Source: Bispira polyomma (taxonomy: Eukaryota). Taken from it: 64,000 nt of DNA. This document shows positions 50,753 to 63,200 of the stretch, piece after piece. The stretch is from assembly GCA_965649765.1 (NCBI GenBank), contig OZ287755.1, positions 57,164,001-57,228,000 on the forward strand, read 5' to 3'. A program made the position numbers and the translations under genes. The notes beneath the pieces were generated by a model. That model worked only from the letters and a program-made list of their open reading frames with translations. It ran no database searches and had not been told where the DNA came from. The first letter of the stretch is position 1. Each line of letters opens with the position of its first letter.

Positions 50753-52929
50753 AATTACACACGCATTAAAAAAATCCTGATTCCTTGAAAAGTTACCAAA
50801 AGTAAAACACGTGCTTGTGTGGACAAAAATCAATATTGCTCATCACCTTGCACCTGCGATTTCCCCATCTGGATGCGAATTTTTTGGTCTGTAAGGGAAA
50901 AAATCGTATTTGGGCATCGCACATCGGATGTCGCAAATCGTAGTAGCACGCATGAGAACAAATATAGTAAATTTATAAGGACCAAAAAATTCGCAATCGC
51001 AAATCGTGCGTCGGATGTTGCAAGCCGGGTTCAAATATTAAATGATGATATCAAGATATTAAGTTATGTATTCAATTGTATTTCAAATGTTATGCAACAG
51101 TTCTTAAGTTATTATCACGGTAAATATATGATTAAATTACAAAATTCTTCTTAGTTTTCAAAATAGGTTTCATGACAATTTCCTGATCTTTATCAATATT
51201 AATTGACATTATTTCCTTCGATATTAAAAAATGACCACATACCACAATTACACGGAAAGTGTGTCATGTTAGTTAGTTAGTTGAGGTTTAATGTTGCTTT
51301 TAACATGTCTTGTGTCATATAACGGCGGGTAGTTCACTGGTGGAGAAAATCAGAAGAGGGCAGTTGGTTAAGGTTTTGCTGCTCTTTAACCCAATGACCT
51401 TCTGCAAGTTGACTGGCCAAAACTTTACCATGCACATGCTGTGATCAAGAATTTAACCTGCCATGGCAGATGGTATCCAGTATGCCTCATAGCCATTCTA
51501 CATTGGATGATACCTATGGCCAATTAGGTCGCATTGGTTCTAAGTGTCTAAATGGATCACCCCATACCGAATGACAATTGCTTATTGATTATCCCATTGT
51601 TTCCGCCTTAGATCACCTTAAAATTATATTAATTTGACACTGTGTCATTTGATTTTTTCTGCCTTGGTGAGGAGAAATGTTAAGCATGTCCAAAACAATG
51701 GCCTCGCACTGCCAACAGTAGAAGGTTTGGGAAGGAAGCCGAAGTTATAGAAAGTTATAGGAAGGCTTCTTTGCACTTCTTTTATCACCTCTTCATGCCA
51801 TCATAAGAAGACTCTTGGAAGTGTGCCACAGCTTAGAAGGAAGAACTAACACTGGTTCTCAGCAAAGACAAGGTATAATTCGTTTCTGAAATTACATCTT
51901 CAGCCTACAAACTGCTACAATCACCTAGGCCCGATAGACACGGTCGTGGTGTCAGCATATTGGTCGAAGATAATCTTTTGTGAGAAATTATCAATGTTGA
52001 ACCCTCCCGCTCTTTTGAATGTATTACCTGTAAAGTTCTAATGGTTTTTAATCTTTCCTGGTTTCATCTCTCTACCGACTCTTCTTAATATATATAAACT
52101 TGTACATCCATACATTAAAAAAAAATAATAAAATCAATAAATTTAACTTCATAATGCAAAACTCAAATAAAAATCTGGCAACTTTTTTGATAAAGGCATG
52201 GAAGTGTAGAAAATGTCTTCTGTTTAAATAATATATTTGAAATATTAGAAATTGTATTTTGTGCAGAATTATGTATTTACACACATTGAATTATTGTGCT
52301 AAAATTTTAATTATGGTAAAATATCATAGAATTAATGTAATATATTTAAAATATTAGAAATTGTATTTGTGCGGAATTATGTATGTACAAACATTGAATT
52401 ATTGTGCTTAAACTGCTAAAACTGTATTTATGGTAAAATAATACTAAATCAATGTCACGTTCTCATGAAATAATTTAATCTGTATTTCGTGTATTTGTTA
52501 AATTGTTACTAATAAGCCTATAGGGGTAGGAACTCGTTCTGTTTATATTCTTTGTTATTAATACATTGATATGTTTGAGTGACAAAAATAAACCAATAAA
52601 CTAAACTAACTATTCAATTATTTTAAAGTTTTAAATTGTAAGAAAACGTGATGACAAGGGCTTATGGTCAGTAAATGTTTGGGATTGATGTGAAAACTAG
52701 ACCACCACCAATTGATATTCAGTGCAGAAGTACAGCCAAGCAGCCTTCGGTTTCTCAAATATAGAGTTGAATATTTATGTCGCTAACATGCGATTGAAAT
52801 TTTTGCTTCAACATTAAAGTAATGTTTCACCCAGATCAATTTGCTGGTTATGAATGAACCGATTTACATGAAATGAAGAATCAATTAAATTGTGAAGCAA
52901 ATCGAGGTTAAAGGGCAGAACCAGGAACT

Positions 52930-53153
52930 ATATGTTGTTATGTTTAGCACTGCTGCAGCTTGGCACTCTACTGAGTGCTTCACGACGGCCAAATTTAAAA
53001 CCACTGCTAAAGCATTGTGAACCACTACTATACGGCAAAGTAACCGACAATCTTTCCCACTTGAAGGAATGTACAGGATTCGAACCCACATTGGTCATGG
53101 GCCAGTGTTTTTTTTTATTGAAGCAGGTGTTTCTAATCACTAGGCCACTGAGT
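52930..53153 (-). mobile_element. Degenerate tRNA-derived SINE
   Basis: Reverse strand has A box GTGGCCTAGTG and B box GGGTTCGAATCCT, followed by GTGGGAAAGATTGTCGG. Confidence 0.65.
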
Positions 53154-53737
53154 ATGAGTTTAAAATTTTGATAAAAAATGGAGGACTTGAATTGTGTGAA
53201 GTAACAAGCTCATGGACATGAGGTCATTATGACTTCACGTATCTGTGAGTTTCTCAACACAAAATAAGGACGTTTTTCTTGGGTAATCCAATTGCCTTAT
53301 TTACCAGGGTACTTGCTAAGGGTTCTTGTAGTAAACACAAACTACATTCGAATACAATCTATATTGTGTAGTTATTGCTAGTTATGTTCCCTTCTCTAAT
53401 TGCATCAAATCACTTGCATATGACATAAGTTTGTCAGAAAATCGCATTTAAAAAGATTAACTGATGGCTGATTAATTAACGGCTAGTACAGATACAAATA
53501 CTGAAATGAGTACATTGTGTATAATATGTACACATTGCAGTAACCTCTCAGTGGGTACATTCACTTGTATGGGTACGTTATGATCAATAAAATGTTTAAT
53601 TCCACTACAAAATTACAAAATTAAATTAAAGACTATTTGGTATATCCTCGAAAACTATATAATGGGGTGATTGATAGTATCACTAGAGCTGGTCTAAGTA
53701 GCACACTTTACTCCTCTAAAAGTCAATTATGTAATAA

Positions 53738-54285
53738 TTTTCGCCTGAAACGTCTATATTCTGTCTATCTGGTCACCCCACATCACTCTGGACTTAAAAG
53801 CAAAGAAATTTTAGAGTTTTTTTTTCTTTCACAAGGCCGCGTCTCGGCGGTCTGCATGCAGAAAACACACACACAAATTACTTGCCCCCCAAAAAAGTTT
53901 ATTTGGCAAAAATTTCTTCATTTACGTCTAAAACATCTTTATTCTGTCTTTCTGATCAACTTACATCACTCTAGACTTGAAAGCAAATTTTTATGCGAGT
54001 TTTATTTCTTTCGCATCTCGGCGGTCTGCACGCAGAAAACACACACAAATCATTTGGCAAAAAAACATAAGTGGGGTGACCAGAGACACAGAATATAGAC
54101 GTTTCAGATGAAAATGAAGGAATTTTTGCCAAATAAATCCGCTTTTTTTTTTTGCCAAGTGCTTTTGTGTTGTCTGCATTCAGACTGTTGAGATGCGGCC
54201 AAGAAATAAAACTCTAAAATTTCTTTGCTTTCAAGCCTAGAGTATCAACCTCAGACTCTATAGAGGCTTATTTCAGACGAAATCA
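53738..54285. repeat. ~185-bp unit: two direct copies followed by an inverted copy (foldback-like)
   Basis: CTGAAACGTCTATATTCTGT..TGGTCACCCCAC at 53745, a variant at ~53927, and its reverse complement at 54070-54108; the inverted arm continues to ~54245. Confidence 0.75.
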
Positions 54286-54499
54286 TCGATTGAAGCCATG
54301 TTCACCTGAATGGTAACATGAATAAGTTCTATACAATTGTTAATTCTAGAAAAGCACTCAGTAAAAGGCTTATCTTCTCCATGATGCCACAAAGGTGCCT
54401 TAAAGTGAAAAAAAATGTCGTGGTTCTAACTGGATACACTCTAAAACAATGCCATGGATTCTTCCTTGACTCATGCTGCATCCATCCACCGACTTCTTA

Positions 54500-54702
54500 G
54501 GTGCCATGGTGGCGTAGTGATTAGAAAAGTCTTCTTCACAGTCACTTGTCCTAATCCATGTTGGTATGAATCCTGTTTATTTCTTTATGTGGTAAAGTTT
54601 GTCAGGTACTTGCCGTAGATCAGTGGTGCACTGGTACTTCCCACCACTGAACTTGATCATCATGATATGACTGAAGCTGTTAAAAGCTACGTAAAACCTA
54701 AC
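54500..54702 (+). mobile_element. Degenerate tRNA-derived SINE
   Basis: GGTGGCGTAGTG A box, degenerate B box, core AAAGTTTGTCAGGTACTTGCCGTAGATCAGTGG, 3' GATATGACTGAAGCTGTTAAAAG..AAAACCTAAC. Confidence 0.65.
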
Positions 54703-56230
54703 TTAATTCAAACTCAAATTTCACCAATGTTTGGTGTGTAACCCTGGTGACAATCAAACAAACCAACCAATCAACATACATGAGTAGCAACGTATAACAT
54801 CCATGGTGTATACAATATTGAATATTGACGTTGATTTGACTAGCCATAGTGCTAATAGAAACAAGGTATTCCCCCACCTCTTTGCACACCTTATACATAA
54901 GTTTCTGTCAGTCTTTTTCTTGCCTTAGAACACCTATATTTTTGTTTCCAGTTGGACATAAGATTTTACTTCTCCAAAGATTAGACTAGATAGAAACACC
55001 ATAGACTTGTGGCCCAGTTTCTGGTATAGAAAGAAAAATATGTGTATGTGTAAGCGTGTTGAATGCGTTGCAATTGATCTTATTATTTGATCCTATCTAT
55101 AAATCCCATCTGAGTTTTAAAAATGAAATTTATTATTTATTATTATTATTATGCATTTTTAACGCACTTTATTGATGCTAGGCATCTTCTAAAGTGCAAC
55201 AGCAGAATCAGTGATCCAATCGTAAAGTCCATGGGCATAGCAAGGTTGTAAAGGTAGGGGGGTTAACAGCTGGTTAATCAGCAAGCAACCAGACTGGGTG
55301 TTAACCAACCCCGTAGCATCCGACGGCAAAGGGCGCAACTCCCTTTCACGCTTCACATGGTGAAGGGTGCCGTAGCCTAATAACTGCATATAAATATTTC
55401 AAACACTAGTCATAACTTTCCCTGGTGCAATTAGTTTTTATGCCTTGGTATTTTCATCAAGCTTCTTCTCTGTGTAAGTAAAAAAATACACCACAATCAG
55501 TTGCAAAAGGTTATTGAGAAATTCGTAATTCTCTGTAGTCCAAGTCAAATCTTCCTCGAGTCTGGTATGAAACTGAACTCTCCTTTTTGATTCACAGTAT
55601 CTGAGGTAAATCTTTTCATCATTTGACAAATTAATTTACACTCTATATAACCAAAAAGTCAACCTCTCTTAAATCTGCACTGGCTCTGTTGGTTTTGTAA
55701 TTCAATACTCTTATGTAAAACCAGGGGGGCAGCTATTCAAGGCAATATGACATTAATAATAGCACGCAGACCCAATCAGACATGAGACTACATCTATAGT
55801 TTGGATACTGTCTGAAAAAACCCAACAAAGATATGGATTTTCCAGAGTATTGCTTTCCCCTGCCAGATTGTTCTGACACTGAGGTAAGCCAATTATTATG
55901 CATGACATATATCTCAGCTGTGGTGGGTCTATTTTTGTTATGTAACCTTATATATTCATCTAACACATCAGCACGTTTTCCCTGATGGAATGTCCCCAAA
56001 TTAGTAGTTATGAAATAATCTCTTTGGTACAGTACAGGCCAAACCAAAATGTTATGAGCTTCAATGACCTTTATGTTGTGGAACAGTAACACTCTCGCGT
56101 GAGTTTGAATCTTGTCCATGAAAAGTTGTCGGTTGATTTGCTGAAGACCAATGGTTTTCAGTTTTTGTGAAAACAAAATAGCCTGCACTGCTTTCCACCA
56201 GCAGCAAACAGCCCATTGCAATGGAATACA

Positions 56231-56481
56231 GGGGGCCGCGGTGGCCTAGTGGTTAGCAAGCATTGCGCTTCACAATCACTGGTCTCTCAACTCTGGACGG
56301 CATGAGTTTGAATCCCGTCGATGCCTATGTGGAAAAGGTAGTAGTTCCTTACTGTGGGCAGCTTTTTTCAGTGCAGAACCTTGATCAACTGTATGCAGTG
56401 TTTCCTCCAGCGTTTCCAACTACCCGTCCCAATATAACCTAAACAGGTACTAGAGTGGACGTTAAATATCCAAATTCAAAA
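56231..56481 (+). mobile_element. tRNA-derived SINE, family A, copy 3
   Basis: 14-bp TSD TGCAATGGAATACA at 56217-56230 and 56482-56495. Confidence 0.95.
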
Positions 56482-58411
56482 TGCAATGGAATACACATTT
56501 GTTGAAATCAATATTAAATTAAAATTAAATCTAAGTCAAGGTTAAACCTAGTTCCAACAACAAAAACCCGAAAAAAAGGCTGCAGTGACTGTATCAGACA
56601 CATATATCCTCCCTCAATTGGTATCAGAGAAGTTTTAAGGTCAGGGCCACACTTTTTAGACCTAGGCTGGTTTGAGGTCAAAACATGATGTCACACACAG
56701 ATATTGTGCAATATATATTTGCATCAAGAGCTGAGCCCACCTGATAACTGTTGTTTTTTGACATATGAAGCTGAAAGAAGTGTTTACGGTCAAGGTTATC
56801 AGTCCAAGGTTAACCGACGTAGCGATAATCAAACTTTGGTGCTTCTTATATCTACAGTTTCCAATTTTGTCAAATATGTTCTCCTTCTTTGGATGAGGTG
56901 CTGTTGATATATATTCAGAACCAAACGAGAGTAGTCTTTTAAAAAATCAACACACGCCCACAGTGTGAAATACACTAACATTCATATGGCCATTATATAC
57001 TCTGACACCCTTCATTCTAGACAGTTTGATTGTTCCAAACAAATTCATAAAGGTCTTACATATTATTTCTGAAATGATGACGCTCTATTCAGAATGAAAA
57101 CAACATCAGGCTATGCTTGATAAAAACTGCAGTTCACCGCGTGTCTCACTTATAACAGCCAAGGGCTATTCACCGGGGACCATTGATTGGGATATGGAAA
57201 CTATTGCCTTTTACAATAATATCACTGTACATAACAAGGTAAATGAACATGGAAATTGATATTACTGCAATCTAATTAATTAACTGTACTAAGGTTTCAG
57301 GTTTAGAAATTATTGTACTTGTGGTTTTAATTCACAATTATATATATTGTCTTCCTAATATGAAACTCACATTGACCCTGACGATTTGATCTCATGATTG
57401 TTTCTTGTTTTTAGAAAAATGAAATGCCTTATATTTTTATATAACACTATTATGACAATGATATAATGACAGAACTTGGCTTCTGATTGTTTCTCTGTCA
57501 TGACCTGAACCAGCTCAAGCTCGTGATATTACAGGTGACGTCATGACTAAATGAAGCAAAAAAAATCCAAAACAAACCATTTTGCCTTTGTAAACTTGCA
57601 TTTTTTTATTATGTCCCAGCTAGTTTTTCACTTCCGATGTAGTGTATAATTAAGTTTTTAGTTATGTGTCATTAGACTGGATTATGGTAATATAATCTTA
57701 AAATTAAGAAGAGACAAAAAAAAAAAAAAAAAAAGAGGGAATCATTTCTATTAAAATTAAAGGATGTATAATGCAGATATTATTATTTTAGTGAATGTCC
57801 CAAAGGCAATTATAAGATAATATGAAACAAATAATTATACTTTTTTATGAATACAAACTAACTACTGCTTTTCCATGCATTTATTTTTTTCCATAAAATT
57901 AGCTCTGCAATAAATACCAAACAAATATCAAACAATATTGCGCAAGATAACAAACAGTTCAAATACAACACTATCAATATCAATACAGACATTCATACGG
58001 TTTGATAGACAAGTCAGAGTCATAAAATCACATTGGCTTTCCATATCATCCACCGGTCATATAATATCAGAGCATAACACAATAAACCAAAATTCTTTAA
58101 ATTTGTGTGGCAAACAATTGAAGAATACAAATGTTTTTGCCCATCAGCTAGCAGTTTTGGCGACAAAACATTAAAATGATCACAGTCATTGGTCCTTTCC
58201 GTGACCGTACAATCAGTACACAACCTTTGTAAAAGAACAAAAAACAACAGAAAACAATCACAGTGGTTCTGGGGTAAGTTCACACCGGGAGTTTGTTGGG
58301 TTATCATATTCACATCTTGATCATGTGACCCTTTGAGCTTCGCCTGCATTGTTCTGACCTCAGAATCCTTCCATTTGGTTAAAACATTATTACGCAAGCT
58401 TTATGCCCAAT

Positions 58412-59800
58412 CTAATCACTGATACTGTTTGTTTTCTCTGTCATTGATATACTACAAAAGAAGCTGCCGTCTGGATGTTCCCCAAACTCCGGACTGTGCG
58501 TGCAAGGCTCTGACTGATGCCTGACTATTTTAGGCAACTGCACTGTATGGTTCACCTTTCTGAAAGAAACCCCTGTAATGTCTACAGATGAACGTCTTCT
58601 GAGGTAAGAATCTACCTCCCTCCTCACCAGTTGACTGCGAAAGACATAGAGGCAAGGATTGAAAATGCAGCTGGTCAGCGCGACATGAATCGCACTGGTA
58701 CCCATCCAATCCTGTATGAGCTCTGGGTTTGAGACCTTAATTGTCAGCACAAAGAAAAACGGAATCCAGCTCAATGTAAAGGTGGATACACAGAGAAATC
58801 CAGTGATGGCAGCTTTAAAGTCATCCTTATGCAGCATGGGATTTCTCTTTAAACTAGTTAATTTTAGTTTGTGATAGACTTTTTCAGCAAGTGTAGGATA
58901 ATAGGCTGTGAAAGATCTTTTTTCTGAACAGGGGCTCAATCGTATGAGCAGCTGTTTGGGTTGATCAGGATTGAGGCTGTTCCGACGGGCATTTGCTGTG
59001 GTTCTTTTGGCTGCACCAAAGATCTTTAGGTACACCACCAACATACACCCCAAAGGCACGATAAAGAATACGACAGAGAAGAGATACACATACACTCTAG
59101 TAAACAGATCAGTCTGGTTCAAGTCCACCAAACATATACTCAACTGCTGGTCATAATCAATATGTCGAGTGAAAAGTAAAAGTGAAAAGCTTAAGCACAG
59201 GGCCCACATAAACACTATGCACTTGTATGTCTTTTTCGTAGTCAGTGAACGGGAGTACCTCAACGGCCTAGCAATGGCCTGGTATCGATCCATGGATATA
59301 AAGAGCAACGTCATCGAGGACACACAAATGAGTGACGTCACAACACAGCCGGTGACGTCACAGAACAGTTTCCCGCCGAAGTCCCACTGACGTTTAAGTG
59401 CCCCGTTGAGTAGCATTGGCCCAGTCACCAGTGTCAGAATGAAGTTACACACGGCCAAGTGTAGCACCAGTTTGTTGGAGACGGAGAGCAAGACTGGCCG
59501 AGTGGAGAATATTACAAATACAACCAGGTTTGACACTAGGCTGGCTAATAGTAGCAAAGATGTGAGGGTGAGTTTGAAGGCAGTCACAGAGGTCACCGGC
59601 ATCACAGAGGTCACACCGGGCGTCTGCTGGGTGATCGTGTTCATGCTGTCTGTGTTTTCTAGGATATCCCCAAACTGGTGAGTTTCTTCCGTGCCCAGCA
59701 TGGTATCAACCTCAGTTCCTGCATCGTCGACTGAGAGTCGTAAGTAATAATGCTCCAAATCTAAACCCTCCATTTTTTTGAGTTTGCAACAATCACACAT
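58412..59800 (-). CDS. Intronless class A (rhodopsin-like) GPCR, orphan GPR161-like
   Basis: 462-aa intact ORF with seven hydrophobic segments, TM1 SN, ICL1/TM2 LLSVSNKLVLHLAVCN (resembles GPR161 LLTLSNKFVFSLTLSN, Asn at 2.50), WxFG..C, DRY, SWIPFF, NPCLY. Start could be Met1 or Met10. Confidence 0.88.
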   Translation of the reverse strand: MCDCCKLKKMEGLDLEHYYLRLSVDDAGTEVDTMLGTEETHQFGDILENTDSMNTITQQTPGVTSVMPVTSVTAFKLTLTSLLLLASLVSNLVVFVIFSTRPVLLSVSNKLVLHLAVCNFILTLVTGPMLLNGALKRQWDFGGKLFCDVTGCVVTSLICVSSMTLLFISMDRYQAIARPLRYSRSLTTKKTYKCIVFMWALCLSFSLLLFTRHIDYDQQLSICLVDLNQTDLFTRVYVYLFSVVFFIVPLGCMLVVYLKIFGAAKRTTANARRNSLNPDQPKQLLIRLSPCSEKRSFTAYYPTLAEKVYHKLKLTSLKRNPMLHKDDFKAAITGFLCVSTFTLSWIPFFFVLTIKVSNPELIQDWMGTSAIHVALTSCIFNPCLYVFRSQLVRREVDSYLRRRSSVDITGVSFRKVNHTVQLPKIVRHQSEPCTHSPEFGEHPDGSFFCSISMTEKTNSISD

Positions 59801-60252
59801 AAAAAATAATGATCATTGTTGCTTCTTATGAGTTACACAACGACTTAGGATTGCAAAACAACAACTTGTAGACAACTTGAATAAGCTTGTACGTTGTCTT
59901 AAATTCTTTATTTAAGTCATATTGAACTAAGACAATGTATCCCAAGATACTCTATTGACATCTCAAATCACTGAGTTCTTAGTTTATATATGTGTATGTT
60001 GATATCTTCCCCTAAACAAAACTCTCTATCACATAGCATTATAATATCGCCTTTCCAGCTACAGACACGTATCAAATTGCAACACACCCACTGCTTAATG
60101 AAGCCAGATAATGTGAATGCTCACTGGCAGGCAAGTGAGTCTATTCCAAGTGGTGGCACAATTACTAGTGAAGAATCCCCCGCCCAATTTGCTGGGTTTT
60201 ATAAACAAAGCCCCCTCCTCATTGAAAAGAAAAAAAAGGGGGAGGGGGTCAC

Positions 60253-60262
60253 TGCGCATGCG
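60253..60262. promoter_or_regulatory. Possible NRF1/EWG-type motif (TGCGCATGCG) in a small GC-richer patch upstream of the GPCR
   Basis: Palindromic GCGCATGCG core ~450 bp 5' of the GPCR ATG in otherwise AT-rich DNA; motif match only. Confidence 0.3.
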
Positions 60263-63200
60263 TCAACCAGTCACGTTGGCTTGACACATCACTTCCCTCC
60301 CCAGTCCTTGTCAATCACTATATAGAGGACTCGTAATTGGGTGTTACTTCACTTTTTTGCAGTATAGATTAGAATATTGTTTGTATAACTAAACAGCTAA
60401 ATAAGTTACAATAGTAAGAAAAAAGGTGATGAAAATTTTGTCATTGCTAATTTACCCTCAGTGTTTCATTACTGGTTGACGTTGATTCCATTAGTAATTT
60501 TTTAACTATTCAGGTGGAAAACAGAATATATTTGCTAAGACAAGGAAGTGTGGTTAAAATCTAGGACATTTACTGTTAGGACATTTACTGTTCCACTATG
60601 CTGATCATAGCCCCTGACTGTTTCGAATATGTGATCAGGTTATACTCAGGGAGAAGTTGTTGAGGTCATAAGACTTATCATTGAAAATTGGCCCACTCAG
60701 GGTCCTTTGGCCAAATTTTTGAACATGTTTTCATTTTTTTTTTTTATTCACTCGGGGCCATTCGTAACTTTCCAAAGAGTTATTTTTCCATCCAAAGACT
60801 TATTTTTACAATAGTAAAAAAAACAAAGGAGAATTTTTAATGGTATTATAGCCCATAGTGTTTCAGTACTTATTATTTTAAGACTATTGAGGGGAAAACA
60901 AATATATTTAGAACTGTGGTTAAAATCTAGAACATTCACTGGCCCTAAAATTAGACCGGTATGACTCTGTGAAAAAAAGGTTTATTTAATAATAAGAGAA
61001 TCTTTAATTAGATTTACACGGTGAATCAGGTGAACTGAGAATAAAAACTACCTCTTGTCACAGCAAGCGTCTTGAGAAAAATGTTTTACACAATCAGAGA
61101 TCCAGAATCTCTTAAAAATTGTTAAGTTGTTGTTAAAAATGTCATAGACACAGATACAAAAAGGTTTCTGTAAATTTGATTTGTGATTAAATGGGTTGAT
61201 CTTATGTTTCCAGTTTTTATGTTACATCATTCACGCAGGTGTCCCATGAGACTATCAATGAGAAATTACAACAGCAAAAAGAATGATTTTCTAAAAACAT
61301 CATCTGATAAGAGTCCATACTAAGACCTTTAAGTGAAGTAAGTAATCAGACTAGAGTTGAGGGTATGCATTGTATTCAATATTAAAAATGTATTATTTTC
61401 TTATTTACAACCCTGTTACTTCAATATGTACACTAAATAAGGTCACCCTAATTTTAAGTGAAGTACCACGCTAACCTTAACTTAATGTTATGATTAATGT
61501 AATTAGATAATTGATACGATGTAGATAAAAAATTAGATAGTATAGAGATTACATTTCATTAGATAGTTAGCTTGGTGCCACCTTAAGCTTATATACATTT
61601 TTAGGTTGCTATATGCTAAAATGTCTTTAAGCTTACACTAATTCAATATTTGATTAATGTCCTATAATTACTGTTATATAATAATTATAACTGTTAGATA
61701 GACGAACTGGTTTATACATACATATATGTAAATAATTACATTAAACTATCTGGGCCCGTATTCTCGAACGTTTATTCAGCTTAAACTCATACTCAACTCA
61801 AATATAGACCATGTGGAAATCCTTGTACTTGGTTAAACTGTACTGTTATATTTGGTACTGAAGACAACAGTTTTGAAAATTATCATGCTGCTTTACTGGA
61901 AGCCAGTGAAGTATATATAAGAATCTGGAAGCATCGGTAACTTATAAGAGCCAGACTATTGTTGTACACTCTGCAACATTTTAACAATATTTGCTGACAC
62001 AAGGCACCATCACAATGAATTACAGTAATCCAAATGACTACTGACTCATGCTTTTAAACGATGTACATGCAGTGCATTCGAAACTCAGTTGCTCGCTTGA
62101 ATTCCGGCTGTAGGCAATCAACCCGGTCAAATTGATAGGTATCAGCTTTATATTAACAGGTGCTGCCTGGTGTTGCTGCCATGTTGGAAATAGTATGTAA
62201 GGCATTGGCCATGGATTTGTTAGGGGCAATCGGCCTGGCCAAACTGAAGGGTTTCAGTTAATTATTTTTGACACTGTGTGTCTGTTTCTTTTTTTAAAAG
62301 ACAACTCTTGTCTTTAATTAACCTCATTTTTAAATCTCTAAAATTGGCTTCTCACTGCAGTGCTATTTTAAGAAAACTGACATGCCAATCCATTTTCAGC
62401 CTATTTTGTGTGTCATTAGAAATGTATTGCATAATACATCACTTGGAGATTCAAGCACACAAATATCCAAAAGTTTCACATTGGACAGAATGATTTCATT
62501 TATTGTGCTTTACCTGCTCTGTGGATTAGTCTTCCCCGCCATGCTGAAACCTATCAGTATATGGCAGACGTTTACAAATCATCTTTAATATAATGATGCT
62601 TTTCCTGCCCAGTCTTTTTCTTTCGTCTTGGTTGGCTTTCTGGTGAAGTTGATCTCTTTTTGGGATTGACTTGTCATGTACACAATGCGATATGAACTGT
62701 TCACACTTGGATAAGGATGAGGATAAGTAAACTCCTCAAGAACATATCTGTGTGAAAAAAGTGTTTAGGTTGTTCCTATTTACTATTTCTAGTGATGAGT
62801 TGGGGTGTTTGTGTATCTAAGTTCCACTGAAGCCACCTACCTGACTGTCATAAAGTTATCCCATTGGCTAGGCCAAACTTAGGCTTAGCTGCTTTGTGAA
62901 TACACCTTAGCCTATGACAAATATCTTAATCTGGTTCTTTTTCACCAAAATTTAGGACAAAATTCTTAAATTGAAGCTATGTCCATCCGTGAATACCATC
63001 CTGGAATCTCACCTGACAATAACACAGTAACATTAATGTCAACACTGAAACGGCTGACCTTGTAATGTGTTATAATAATGTATATGGTACACAGCTTTTA
63101 GTAACATCCCAGTTTAGTTAAAAACATTTGAGAGGACTTATCTAACACCAAAATGTGTCTTTCTTTTGACTAACACGTCTATTTCAATGATTGGAAGTCT

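Larger units (their letters stand above)
40073..51026 (+). mobile_element. PIF/Harbinger DNA transposon (transposase and MADF gene) with an L1 nested in transposase intron 1; right tip deleted
   Basis: 36-bp inverted repeat 40093-40128 / 50991-51026 (1 mismatch). Left end follows TAA (40070-40072). Absent from the paralogous empty site at ~31330. Confidence 0.92.
15490..52440 (+). repeat. Large diverged tandem segmental duplication: unit 1 ~15.5-33.4 kb, unit 2 ~33.4-52.4 kb
   Basis: 15730-19940 aligns with 33430-37605 (paired ORFs 17504/35153, 18193/35850, LINE EN fragments). 28855-31330 aligns with 37770-40072, and 31390-32760 with 51030-52430. The units differ by large TE insertions and deletions. 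Confidence 0.88.

Noticed and set aside
55438-56221. Minus-strand ORFs of 162 and 63 aa
   Set aside because: No recognisable motif; may be a decayed coding remnant but cannot be assigned without a search.
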